DNA of 64,000 bases from Candidatus Thalassarchaeaceae archaeon (lineage in GTDB: Archaea; Thermoplasmatota; Poseidoniia; Poseidoniales; Thalassarchaeaceae), in contig JBKEHQ010000002.1 in the NCBI GenBank assembly GCA_046710875.1, positions 2,717-66,716 of the forward strand. The letters run 5' to 3'. The notes below the pieces were generated by a model, which had not been told where the DNA came from, searched no databases, and was given only the letters and a program-made list of their open reading frames with translations. The position numbers and the translations under genes are program-made. Of the stretch, positions 39,201 to 49,043 are shown in pieces. Position 1 is the stretch's first letter, and each line of letters starts with the position of its first letter.

Positions 39201-41730
39201 TGTTTTTTACTAATTTATTGGCCGCAACAATCATATTATCAACAAGTTTTTTACTCCATCCGCGTAGATCAGAAAGCTTATATCTGTCATTTTCAGTCAT
39301 CATAACAACATCCCTAGCATTACTAAATCCTAACTTATCACTCATTTCTCTTGCTCTAATTCTGCCTATTCCCTGTATTGACACAAGTCCTAATAAATCA
39401 TTTTTACAACCATATTTTACTCTTTTGTGGACTTCATTTATTGCATTAACTAATACTTTATGCGATTCCCTATTTCTATTACGTAATTCTTCATCTTCTA
39501 TGAGTATTCTTTCCATCGCATAGAGAAGCCATTCAGATAGTTCTACTCTACTTCTCAAATCTCCTGCTTGAACGCTCCATTTTTTTTCAAAATCTTCATA
39601 CTTTAATTCATTTATCCAAGACTCTATTACTAATGCCCCCTTCATTAACCCACTTTCATCTAACTCTTTAGTATCAATTAATATTTCTCTAGAGTGATTA
39701 AATATTGAAGACTGTATGATTTCAATATCGCCAGTTTTGGGCCAAATAGGTAAAAAATCTGGAGTACAACAAACTAGATGAATTAGGCCTAATGGTGAAA
39801 TTTGATAATAATCATTATCGCCAATTAATGTAGACATCGCTCTCTCTAAACCATCTCTAATTATTCTACCAGATAAGGGATTTAGATATAATCTTGAGAT
39901 TCTCATTCCAAGATTTGTTGCCCTATATGTCATTGTAAAAGATTCCGGCAAGACTTCCTCTTGTTCTATAATTTCACTTGCTTTAGTAAAGCCAAAGATA
40001 GCAGGCCCCTTCCTTGGCTTCTTTATTTTATTATCTTCTTTATTTATTTTTGAAATATCAATATTCAATACATTAGATGCTGAATTTACCCATGAGGGGA
40101 CATCATCAGGCCAATCATCTTCTTTCTTTATTACTTCATATTTCAGCATCCTTTGTTTAACGATATTGGAATCCCCTTCCCTTGTTATCATCCCATTATT
40201 GACGAGCCAATCAATTGATTCATCAATTCTTGATGCTAGATTATCAGAATTCATGTGTGTAGATAAAAATGTCATTGAAAAAAATCTACTTAATGCATCT
40301 CTATCTTCTAATCCTCCCGTAGATATCATTGATAATAAATGAGTCAACAATGCCGGATCTTCTTCTGCTTTCAATGAGTTTGGATTTGCTAATTTTGATA
40401 CTACATTTTCAGATTCACTATTTATATACCGATTTACTAATACTTCTACTTCATTAGAATTCTTAGCTAAAATCCAAGATTCTCCTCTATCATCATATTT
40501 TGGTCTGCCAGCCCTTCCCATCATTTGTCTTATTTCCATTACAGAAATTGGCATATTGGTTCCAGCTATTGTATTCCATCTCTTATGATCACGAATAACT
40601 ACTCTTCTTGCAGGTAAATTAACTCCCTGTGCAAGGGTTGGTGTGGCAACTAAACAGTTAATTTCTCCATTTCTAAATGCCCCTTCTACTTTTTTCCTAT
40701 GTCCGTTACTCAAACCAGCATGATGAAAACCCACTCCTCCCTTTATTGATGAAATTAATTTTTTACCTAACGCAGTTTGATTATCATTTTCAGATAATTT
40801 CTCAGATAATAACTTCCATAATTTAATATTTTCATTAGTAAATACCGACTCTTCAATCTCAGACTTTTTCATAACATACTTAGCTAAATCTCTAGCTTCC
40901 TTTTGAGCAGAGGCTCGTGAGGCAACAAAAATCAATAATTGGCCATTTGATTTTACAGTATCTTCAAGGACTGCTGACAATTTTTGAGTGACTCTTCCTT
41001 CAATTAATCTATTTTTTGGATTTTCTTCTTTTTTCCTACTGTCTATCCTATGAATACTAACTTCAAGCCCATTTAATATTCCATATTCTAATGATACTGG
41101 TCGCCAAGTAGATTTTATTAATTTTGCATCCAACCAATTAGCTAATTCTTCTGAGTTACCAACAGTTGCAGATAATGCTATAATTTGAACATCAGGTTTT
41201 CTATGCCTAATTCTAGATAGTACTATTTCCAATGTCGGCCCTCTTCCTGGATCATTTATTAAGTGAAATTCATCTGTAATTACAATCCCAATTTTATCCA
41301 TAATTCCAGACCTTGTACGAATTAAAGAATCTAATTTTTCACTCGTACAGACCATTATATCAGAATTTTCAATTGATGACCTCTCACTCTCTCTATCTCC
41401 AATTGCCAATCCTACTTTCAAATCAGTATGGGCTGTAATTTCTCGCAATTCATTCATTTTTTCTTGTGCTAGTGCCTTCAATGGAACTACATATACTGCT
41501 TTTTGACCTTTTAAATCATTTGTTAATCTGTGGACTATGGTCAGGTGAGCAATTAATGATTTACCGCTTGCAGTTGGAATTGTTAACATCACATTGTCTC
41601 CTTTAAGTGAATATGGCAAAGCTTCCGCTTGAGGGGGAAATAATTTTTTTATACCCCATTCCTTATCTAAAGCCAATATGAGTTCAGCATCAAGGCCAAA
41701 CTTATCTAGACTAACCGAAGGGTCTTCCAC
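39193..41730 (-). CDS. hel308: Ski2-like helicase Hel308 (Hjm)
   Basis: 845 aa. Motif I PTASGKSLIA, motif II ITDEFHLI, SATVGN, and motif VI QMMGRAGRP. The C-terminal ratchet/HhH-like region ends with GIGRIRAREM. Confidence 0.9.
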   Translation of the reverse strand: MEDPSVSLDKFGLDAELILALDKEWGIKKLFPPQAEALPYSLKGDNVMLTIPTASGKSLIAHLTIVHRLTNDLKGQKAVYVVPLKALAQEKMNELREITAHTDLKVGLAIGDRESERSSIENSDIMVCTSEKLDSLIRTRSGIMDKIGIVITDEFHLINDPGRGPTLEIVLSRIRHRKPDVQIIALSATVGNSEELANWLDAKLIKSTWRPVSLEYGILNGLEVSIHRIDSRKKEENPKNRLIEGRVTQKLSAVLEDTVKSNGQLLIFVASRASAQKEARDLAKYVMKKSEIEESVFTNENIKLWKLLSEKLSENDNQTALGKKLISSIKGGVGFHHAGLSNGHRKKVEGAFRNGEINCLVATPTLAQGVNLPARRVVIRDHKRWNTIAGTNMPISVMEIRQMMGRAGRPKYDDRGESWILAKNSNEVEVLVNRYINSESENVVSKLANPNSLKAEEDPALLTHLLSMISTGGLEDRDALSRFFSMTFLSTHMNSDNLASRIDESIDWLVNNGMITREGDSNIVKQRMLKYEVIKKEDDWPDDVPSWVNSASNVLNIDISKINKEDNKIKKPRKGPAIFGFTKASEIIEQEEVLPESFTMTYRATNLGMRISRLYLNPLSGRIIRDGLERAMSTLIGDNDYYQISPLGLIHLVCCTPDFLPIWPKTGDIEIIQSSIFNHSREILIDTKELDESGLMKGALVIESWINELKYEDFEKKWSVQAGDLRSRVELSEWLLYAMERILIEDEELRNRNRESHKVLVNAINEVHKRVKYGCKNDLLGLVSIQGIGRIRAREMSDKLGFSNARDVVMMTENDRYKLSDLRGWSKKLVDNMIVAANKLVKNND

Positions 41731-41801
41731 AATCTCCCTATTATTCGGATGTTCTAAAGGATATCTACTATCAAATTATTAATTATATAGCAATATATTC
41801 G

Positions 41802-42278
41802 CTAATGCCATCTATGATATGCCGGATGCCCTTCATCTATTGCTACAAAAAGCCCTTCCCCTGTTGCACAGACTTTTTCATCAGCTTTCAGGATTAATTC
41901 AACTTTAACTGATTTAGTATCAATTTCTACTACCCTTCCTTGAATTAAAAGTTTTGAATTTAATGGAGTGGGTCTTTTTAATTTAATGCTATAAGATGCT
42001 GTAACTGTACAAGGAGGAAATTTACCTCCTGATTTATCCATAAGGGCTATTGCAGCTACCCAATTTCCATGACAATCTAGCAGTGTTCCAATTATCCCTC
42101 CATTAATAATTCCTGGGAATGCCTGATGTTCTTCAGAAGTTTCAAATTCCATTTCTAATCCTTCATCATTTCTGAATGATTTAATTCTCAATCCTTTTTC
42201 ATTTGCAGGTCCGCATCCAAAGCATATGCTATTTGAAGCATATTCTTCTTGTACTGACAGAATATTTTTGTTACCCAT
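41802..42278 (-). CDS. PaaI/hotdog-fold thioesterase family protein
   Basis: 158 aa. CFGCGPANEKGLRIKSF and ...HQAFPGIINGGIIGTLLDCHG... are typical of PaaI-like hotdog thioesterases. Confidence 0.65.
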   Translation of the reverse strand: MGNKNILSVQEEYASNSICFGCGPANEKGLRIKSFRNDEGLEMEFETSEEHQAFPGIINGGIIGTLLDCHGNWVAAIALMDKSGGKFPPCTVTASYSIKLKRPTPLNSKLLIQGRVVEIDTKSVKVELILKADEKVCATGEGLFVAIDEGHPAYHRWH

Positions 42279-42320
42279 GGCCCATTAGAACAAGACTTTC
42301 CAATTGAATTATTCCCTAAA

Positions 42321-43730
42321 TTGAAAGTATATCCTATTAATTCAGTCGCCTTGCGGAAGGCGTTGACTGCCTCCGATGATGATGTTTTATCTAATTCTGT
42401 AACCCCTAGTGAAGGTATCGAAAAAATTGTCCCGAGATTAAAGAAAAGACGGTTTGGACCACTCAAAGTCTCAAATCAAATACCGAAGAGTAGGAGATTG
42501 GAGATAGAGAAAGGTTTGGAAGAATCAACTAAAATTTCTACTAAGTGGACGAGAGAAGGGGGCGCGAGTAATCATAACTTCTTGAGAAAAAGAATCAAGC
42601 CAGGGACTATAAGAAACCTTCATTTTAATTTATTAGATATAGAAATTGGTGAATCTTGGCCCATAAATATTACAGTTGTTCATGGAGTAAGGCCAGGTCC
42701 AGTTGTGACTCTTTTAGGGGCAGTTCATGGCGATGAACTAGTAGGCCCTCTTGCGTTGACTTATCTTAGTGGGCCAAATTTTATTGGAGAAGATCACGCC
42801 ATAGACCCTTCATCATTATCTGGAACAATTAGAATAGTTTCAGTAATCAATTTACCCGGATATTTTCGCCAAAAAAGAGACTTTCCCGATGGGAGAGATC
42901 TAAATAGGCATTTTCCTGGTAATTTTGAAAGTAATACTACTTCACGAGTAGCAAGTAGAATTTGGTCGAATATTATTTCTGGAAGTGATTATATTGTCGA
43001 TCTTCACTCAGCTGCAAAAGGAAGGACCAATATGCCCCAGATACGTGTTAATCTAGCCCATTCATCTAGCAATGCCACTGCTCGTGCTTTCGGAATTGAA
43101 ACAATTCTGGATACAAAAGGGCCACGAGGCTCACTAAGAAGAACCGCCAATGAATCAGATATTGCTTGTATTACATACGAAGGAGGAGGGGCAGATGAGG
43201 CCGATCCAGAGGCAGTACAAGTTGCAATGTATGGAATTCTCAACGTCCTAAGGAATCTTAGGATGATTCCAGGATATCCTAGTAGGCCAAGATTTAGAAT
43301 TCTTGCTTCAGGTTCAGAATGGCTAAGGTCAAATCAAGGTGGATTGTTAGATGTTTTAGCACCAGCTGGAAGTTATGTAAAGAAAGGCGAAATAGTTGCA
43401 ACGGTTACAGATCCACGCGAACCAGGGATTAGTCATGATATAATTTCTCCAAATCAAGGGCTTTTGATATGTACTGCCACCTATCCCTTTGTGACCTCTG
43501 GTACTCCAATTGGTCATTTATTGCCTATGAAAAGAGGAATCAAAACCCTTATGCAAAGATTAGATGATGAAGGTTGTTTGATTATTAGCGGTTCTGATGG
43601 AGATCCTCCATGGCGTGAAGATGATGATGTTGAGGATATATCTGTAGTTGGAGGATGGTCTGGAGGATCACCTGATGCTGAATGGGGATTTAATCATAAA
43701 CCGTCTGAGGAAGAAGAAGAAGCAGATTAA
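42321..43730 (+). CDS. succinylglutamate desuccinylase / aspartoacylase (AstE/AspA, M14-like) family protein
   Basis: LLGAVHGDELVG (Zn His/Glu), RDLNRHFPG and VDLHSA motifs. There is a C-terminal beta-rich domain and an acidic tail (SEEEEEAD). The TTG track start and N-terminal ~100 aa are uncertain. Confidence 0.7.
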   Translation: MKVYPINSVALRKALTASDDDVLSNSVTPSEGIEKIVPRLKKRRFGPLKVSNQIPKSRRLEIEKGLEESTKISTKWTREGGASNHNFLRKRIKPGTIRNLHFNLLDIEIGESWPINITVVHGVRPGPVVTLLGAVHGDELVGPLALTYLSGPNFIGEDHAIDPSSLSGTIRIVSVINLPGYFRQKRDFPDGRDLNRHFPGNFESNTTSRVASRIWSNIISGSDYIVDLHSAAKGRTNMPQIRVNLAHSSSNATARAFGIETILDTKGPRGSLRRTANESDIACITYEGGGADEADPEAVQVAMYGILNVLRNLRMIPGYPSRPRFRILASGSEWLRSNQGGLLDVLAPAGSYVKKGEIVATVTDPREPGISHDIISPNQGLLICTATYPFVTSGTPIGHLLPMKRGIKTLMQRLDDEGCLIISGSDGDPPWREDDDVEDISVVGGWSGGSPDAEWGFNHKPSEEEEEAD

Positions 43731-43734
43731 AACT

Positions 43735-46700
43735 TCAATTCTTCTTATAATTCATTAATTCTGGAATTTCAGGCGCAGAAGGTAAAGTGAAATTTTGGCC
43801 CCCTCCATTTACAGTTCCTGTAACTTCAAAAGCTTCGTAAGCATCCTTTAAATTTTTATTTCTGTCTATCTTAATTCCAATAAATGTTCCAATAAATGAA
43901 ATTAATATTAATAATGTAATTATTGAAATAATTCCAAATGTACTACTTATAAATGATGCAGCATCATTATTTTGAATGGAATTTCTAATCCAAACATTTG
44001 TATCTATTGTATAATTTAATTCTGTAGTTATTCCTAAATCGACTATTGTTATTGTAATATTCTGTGCCCTGTTACCTTCAGTGCAAAGGTGGGTTGCTAA
44101 ATCAGTTCTGTAATTATCGTTACAGTCTAAAGGTGGAATAAATAATCTTAAACCATCTAAGGAAGTATTTTCATTTATGGAAAAACCTTCAAATCTCCAG
44201 GATATTGTACGTTCTATTGTATTTGGCACTCCTTCTAAATTTATTATTAGCGATTTATTTCCAGAATCCCAAAAGTAATTATTTTCTAATATTGGAATAG
44301 TCTGTATCGAATCTCTTCTTATTACTTCTTCATCTATTTCTTCATTACAATTATCATCAAATCCATTCCAAATCTCAATAACTCCAGAATTGATTGTAAA
44401 CATTAAATCATTACAATCCTCAAATTCATAAAATCCATCCATGTCTTTATCATAATCATATTTTGATGGATTTGAAAATTTAACTGAAATTTCATATCCA
44501 TCTAACATTCCATCTTCATCCGAATCATTAATGTAAGGATTCGTAGAGTAATTATGATATTCTTCAAAATCTGAAAGCCCATCCATGTCTGAATCTAAGA
44601 TTAAATAATCTTCATCTATATCCCCATCACAGTCATTATCCTTATTATCTAATTTTTCTGGTTTATCTGGGGCCCGTTCAAAATCTTCATCATCACAGTC
44701 TTGGAATTCATACCACCCATCAGAGTCAGAATCTAGGTTTATTTGATTAGGATCAGAGCCAAAAGAATCAATTTCTAAACCATCTGGCAATCCATCTCCA
44801 TCAGAATCTCCATTCATTGGGTCAGTTGAGTAATTATGATATTCATCATAATCTGTCAATCCATCGGAATCAGAATCTAGGTTCCAGAATAGTTCATCTA
44901 TCAAATTATTACAATTATTATCTATGTCATCTAATAATTCAATCATTCCAGGGTATCTATTTGACATATTGTCATCACAATCTTCGAACCAATACCACCC
45001 ATCTTCATCTTCATCTAGATCAAATACTAATGGATTAGTAAATGTTACTAAAATTTCCTTAGAATCATTTAATCCATCACCATCAGTATCGTAATTGGTG
45101 AAATTAGTTCCATGAATATAATATTCTTCCCAGTCTATTAATCCATCATTGTCTTGATCAGTTAGATTGAATCCCTCATCAGTTAAATTATCGCAATCAT
45201 CATCAATGCTGTTTAACAATTCAATAACATTTGGATTTACGTTCGCATCTAAATCATTACAATCTTGGAAATGATAAAACGAATCATTATCTGAATCTTC
45301 ATCAAATACGTTCGGATTGCTTTCCCAAATAGTTAGTTCTTCATTATCTAATAATCCATCCCCGTCGGTATCAGAAGATAATGGGTCAGTGTTATGCGTC
45401 ATAACCTCTTCATAATCTGTCAATCCATCATTATCTGAATCTGCTTGATCTGCCTTTGTACCATAAATTATTACTTCTTCATAATCTGTCAATCCATCGT
45501 CATCCATATCTGGATCATATGGGTCAGTACCATAGATATCAGTTTCATTACTATCTGTTAAGCCATCTCCATCATCATCGTCATCTAAGTAATCACATAT
45601 TGTATCGGAATCAAAATCTTGTGGTATTGATGAGTTATCATCTGAATCAGTGCTGCATGCAGATTCATCCAAATCTGACCATCCATCTCCATCGTCATCA
45701 GTATCAATCAAGTTACAAATATTATCATTATCCGTATCTGTAGGAGTGGAATTGGAATCTAAAGAATCAGTGCTGCATGCAGATTCATCCAAATCTGACC
45801 ATCCATCTCCATCGTCATCAGTATCAGTAAAGTCACTAATTCCGTCTCCATCTGTATCTGTGAAATTACCTACTCCATGAATGATAATTTCCCAAGAATT
45901 TAGCGTCCCGGTATCTGAATTAACAGTATCTCTCAATTTTAATTTCCATTCACCAACTGCATCCTCGTCCCAATGATGAACCGTATTGAAGAGCCAATTT
46001 GAGTATCCGTTTCCATTATCTCCTCTTGTTTCTGCTAACCATGATTCTTTCCCTGATGGCGCCACCAAAACAATGTCTAAATCGCCTCTTGAGGTATGAG
46101 TTATGTCAGTAATTATGTCGACACTTTCAATTTTGATATCTGTAGTCACATTCATTGAAAACTCAGTCCAATTATCATTATTGTCAGGAATTTCTGTGAA
46201 TGGATTATTAGTTCCAAAACTAAAATTAGTTTCAGCATCAACATTAGTCCAATTTTCTGCTAGAGAAACAGCGGCCCCAGCATCTACAACTCCAAATCCA
46301 TATTTATGAGAAACATTATGTCCAGCGCCATTTGTTTCCCAAGAATCGTCACTTGCATCATTTACTCTTGAACTTTGAACTAAGATGTGCTGAATATCTC
46401 TCCATGTAAGATTTTCATTAGCTTCTAAAATTAATGCAATTACTCCAGCAACTAAAGGAGTAGCACTTGAAGTCCCTCCAAAGTCATTGGTAACATCTCC
46501 ATTATCGTATCCGCCACTCCCTTCAATATCAGTTGTAGTAATTCCCTCTCCGTCTCCATTCGAATGAGCGGCCAAAAGAATATTAGCACCCGGTTCTGCA
46601 TAGTAAGACTGCTCCCCTGTATGAGTTATTGCGGTAACCGCGATTGTAAATCTACTATTTGCATATCCATCATAATTTGCATTATCGTCACTTTCTAGTC

Positions 46701-47670
46701 CATTTCCCGCAGCCCATGTGTATATATTCCCTAATCCTGATCTACCATTATATGCAGCATTTTCAAATGCAGCCAAAGTTATCGGACCAGGTGATTCTAA
46801 TGTTTGGCCATCATCGGTTGGGCCCCAAGAATTTGTATATATGTCGATATTTTCCATTTGAAAAATTAAAGCATCGGCTTCCATTTGATCACTAGTTCCA
46901 CAAGCAATAAGAGTAGATCCAGCCAATGTTGCCCCATATCCAGCACCAGTAACATCTATTCCGTTATCTCCAACTGCTGCAGCAACGCCTCCGGCAGAAG
47001 TTCCATGGCCATTATTAGGCTGAGGAGTTGGATCCGAATCATCATTACACCAGTCGTATGAATATGCTGACGAATAATGATCTTCAATATCTGGATGTTC
47101 GTGGTCAAGTCCATCGTCAACTACGCTAATAACGACGCCTGATCCATTATAACTATTCCATACTCCAGTTACATTGATGTCTTCTCCAGTCAAACCTCCA
47201 TTGGTTTGACCGGTATTTTGTAGGTGCCATTGTTCTGAGAAATCTGGATCATTAGGAATATATCTAATTTCATGATTTTTAATCAACATTGGCGAGTATG
47301 ACTCTATTTCTCCAATTTCTAACAACTCTTGAAACTCAAGTAAAAGATTAGTTGAATATTCTAAATCCCATATAAATGAACCAATTAATATATCTACTGG
47401 TTTTGTAGAGATTAATTTAGAAATCATATTTTTATGATTAATAATTGGCATATTTGTAACAACTAACCATTCATTTGCATTATGCAATTCATAATCAGAA
47501 TATTGACTAATATCTCCCACTCTAAGAAAAGCGCTTTGAATAGATTCAGAATAATTAGTTAAAATTTTCTGATTAGATATCTCATCTTCGAGAGGAATAA
47601 TGTCATTTTCAGCAAATACCACACTTATGGTGGGCATCAATAGTAGTAAGACTACAACAATTGTTCGCAT
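43735..47670 (-). CDS. giant membrane-anchored subtilisin/kexin-like serine protease (S8 + P-domain) with thrombospondin-type-3-like and Cys-rich repeat modules
   Basis: Signal peptide MRTIVVVLLLLMPTISVVFA. Catalytic triad contexts VISVVDDGLD, NGHGTSAGGVAAA and GGTSSATPLVAG. P-domain-like SRGDLDIVLVAPSGKESWL. Then many DxDxDGxxDxxE repeats alternate with four DC(N/D)D...D(D/N)(D/N)C(D/N)..(T/I)DE modules. C-terminal TM FGIISIITLLILISFIGTFIGI. Confidence 0.85.
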   Translation of the reverse strand: MRTIVVVLLLLMPTISVVFAENDIIPLEDEISNQKILTNYSESIQSAFLRVGDISQYSDYELHNANEWLVVTNMPIINHKNMISKLISTKPVDILIGSFIWDLEYSTNLLLEFQELLEIGEIESYSPMLIKNHEIRYIPNDPDFSEQWHLQNTGQTNGGLTGEDINVTGVWNSYNGSGVVISVVDDGLDHEHPDIEDHYSSAYSYDWCNDDSDPTPQPNNGHGTSAGGVAAAVGDNGIDVTGAGYGATLAGSTLIACGTSDQMEADALIFQMENIDIYTNSWGPTDDGQTLESPGPITLAAFENAAYNGRSGLGNIYTWAAGNGLESDDNANYDGYANSRFTIAVTAITHTGEQSYYAEPGANILLAAHSNGDGEGITTTDIEGSGGYDNGDVTNDFGGTSSATPLVAGVIALILEANENLTWRDIQHILVQSSRVNDASDDSWETNGAGHNVSHKYGFGVVDAGAAVSLAENWTNVDAETNFSFGTNNPFTEIPDNNDNWTEFSMNVTTDIKIESVDIITDITHTSRGDLDIVLVAPSGKESWLAETRGDNGNGYSNWLFNTVHHWDEDAVGEWKLKLRDTVNSDTGTLNSWEIIIHGVGNFTDTDGDGISDFTDTDDDGDGWSDLDESACSTDSLDSNSTPTDTDNDNICNLIDTDDDGDGWSDLDESACSTDSDDNSSIPQDFDSDTICDYLDDDDDGDGLTDSNETDIYGTDPYDPDMDDDGLTDYEEVIIYGTKADQADSDNDGLTDYEEVMTHNTDPLSSDTDGDGLLDNEELTIWESNPNVFDEDSDNDSFYHFQDCNDLDANVNPNVIELLNSIDDDCDNLTDEGFNLTDQDNDGLIDWEEYYIHGTNFTNYDTDGDGLNDSKEILVTFTNPLVFDLDEDEDGWYWFEDCDDNMSNRYPGMIELLDDIDNNCNNLIDELFWNLDSDSDGLTDYDEYHNYSTDPMNGDSDGDGLPDGLEIDSFGSDPNQINLDSDSDGWYEFQDCDDEDFERAPDKPEKLDNKDNDCDGDIDEDYLILDSDMDGLSDFEEYHNYSTNPYINDSDEDGMLDGYEISVKFSNPSKYDYDKDMDGFYEFEDCNDLMFTINSGVIEIWNGFDDNCNEEIDEEVIRRDSIQTIPILENNYFWDSGNKSLIINLEGVPNTIERTISWRFEGFSINENTSLDGLRLFIPPLDCNDNYRTDLATHLCTEGNRAQNITITIVDLGITTELNYTIDTNVWIRNSIQNNDAASFISSTFGIISIITLLILISFIGTFIGIKIDRNKNLKDAYEAFEVTGTVNGGGQNFTLPSAPEIPELMNYKKN
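45644..45826. repeat. 63-nt perfect direct duplication (period 120 nt) inside the S8 protease gene
   Basis: gaatcagtgctgcatgcagattcatccaaatctgaccatccatctccatcgtcatcagtatca occurs identically at 45644-45706 and 45764-45826. It encodes DTDDDGDGWSDLDESACSTDS twice on the minus strand. Confidence 0.95.
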
Positions 47671-47728
47671 TATTTTTTGTCAAATTGCTCATGGCTTTAG
47701 GCATTCCCTTTATTTGCATCTCTGATAC

Positions 47729-48985
47729 TCAGATGATTTTAAATTTAGCTATAGCCGAATGAACTTCCTCATCCTCCATTAATCTTATTTGGCGTTTCGC
47801 TACATTAAAGAGATATTCTAATAATTCATCAGTAATTTTGTATTCATTCTTATTCAACCACCAGATAATATTGGATCGCCCACTCATATGCCCGATTCTT
47901 ATTTTTTGTTCAAGTCCATATTCTTGCGCCGGAACTCCAGAGTAAATCCTATCTGCAAGCCAATGGTCACCTTTTTTCATTGCTTTAACGACAGCGCTAG
48001 CATGCACCCCCGTCCCAGTTTCAAAAGCATCCTTTCCAAATACTGGATAGTTTTTTGGCAAATCAACTTCTATATATTCATGTGCCTTTTTGACATAATT
48101 ATTTAATGATTTTAAATCATTATTAATGACTCCCATCAAACTTAGATTGACTAATGTTTGATCTAATGGAGCATTTCCTGCTCTTTCTCCTACTCCCAAA
48201 GCAGTGCCATGTATGACATCAGCCCCAGACTCTACTGCAGCTAAATTATTTGCAACTCCTAAGCCCCTATCTTGATGGCCATGCCAATTAACTTCAATAT
48301 CTCTACGTTTTACTCCTGAATCAGGAATGACTTCTTCTTGAATAAATGATAGAAGTTTTTTTACTCCATTTGGCGTCACATGCCCACATGTATCACAAAT
48401 ACAAATCCTGTCTGCTCCAAGCTCTATGGCCCGGGAGTATACTTGTTTAATTTCAGATGGTTTACTTCGTGTAGTATCTTCTGTCACAAACATAACTGGA
48501 ATATCATTATCAACTGCAAAAGTTACTGCTTTTTCAGCTGTCGATAATATCTTTTCCATATTCCAACCTTCTGTATATTGCCTTATTGGACTAGTTCCAA
48601 GAAATGCGCTTGCTTGTATTTGCCGTTCAAATTTAGCTTGTAAATCGACTAACGGCTCTATATCGCTAACTAATGTCCTTACGGCACATCCGGGCCTTAA
48701 ATCATATGAGTTTTCAGTCATATGCTTTAGCATAGAATCTATGTGCCCGATATGTGCTGGGCCAGCTCCTGGCAATCCTAAATCTACTTTTTGAATTCCT
48801 AACTTTTCCATATAATCTATCAATTCTAATTTTTGTTCTATTTTAGGATTTCTTGCACTTGGGCTTTGCAAACCATCCCTTAATGTTTCATCATCAAACC
48901 AAATGCCATGAGGATGCTTGGTCGAATCTCTTGAAATCTCATAGTCTACTGAGTTCCAATCATAAATTAGTTCTGATTCTTTCAT
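47729..48985 (-). CDS. HMGL-like (pyruvate carboxyltransferase) family enzyme: isopropylmalate/homocitrate/citramalate synthase-like
   Basis: FDDETLRDGLQSPSA and WHGHQDRGLGVANNLAAVESGADVIHGTALGVGERAGNAPLD are the canonical DRE-TIM metallolyase motifs. At 418 aa it lacks a LeuA regulatory domain. Specific reaction not assignable. Confidence 0.7.
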   Translation of the reverse strand: MKESELIYDWNSVDYEISRDSTKHPHGIWFDDETLRDGLQSPSARNPKIEQKLELIDYMEKLGIQKVDLGLPGAGPAHIGHIDSMLKHMTENSYDLRPGCAVRTLVSDIEPLVDLQAKFERQIQASAFLGTSPIRQYTEGWNMEKILSTAEKAVTFAVDNDIPVMFVTEDTTRSKPSEIKQVYSRAIELGADRICICDTCGHVTPNGVKKLLSFIQEEVIPDSGVKRRDIEVNWHGHQDRGLGVANNLAAVESGADVIHGTALGVGERAGNAPLDQTLVNLSLMGVINNDLKSLNNYVKKAHEYIEVDLPKNYPVFGKDAFETGTGVHASAVVKAMKKGDHWLADRIYSGVPAQEYGLEQKIRIGHMSGRSNIIWWLNKNEYKITDELLEYLFNVAKRQIRLMEDEEVHSAIAKFKII

Positions 48986-49043
48986 GTCCGCACCCCATTC
49001 TTATGTATTGCCAACAGTACACTAGGCGTTTGAAACCATCGCA

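Noticed and set aside
42188-42466. 92-aa minus-strand ORF bridging the thioesterase and AstE-like genes
   Set aside because: It overlaps both neighbouring genes (the 5' ends of each), has no motif, and is most likely spurious.
44817-45880. Plus-strand ORFs (73, 95 and 76 aa) antisense to the S8 protease repeat region
   Set aside because: Their His/Leu/Ser-rich periodic sequences are simply the reverse-complement reading of Asp-rich GAT/GAC repeats. They show no independent signals.
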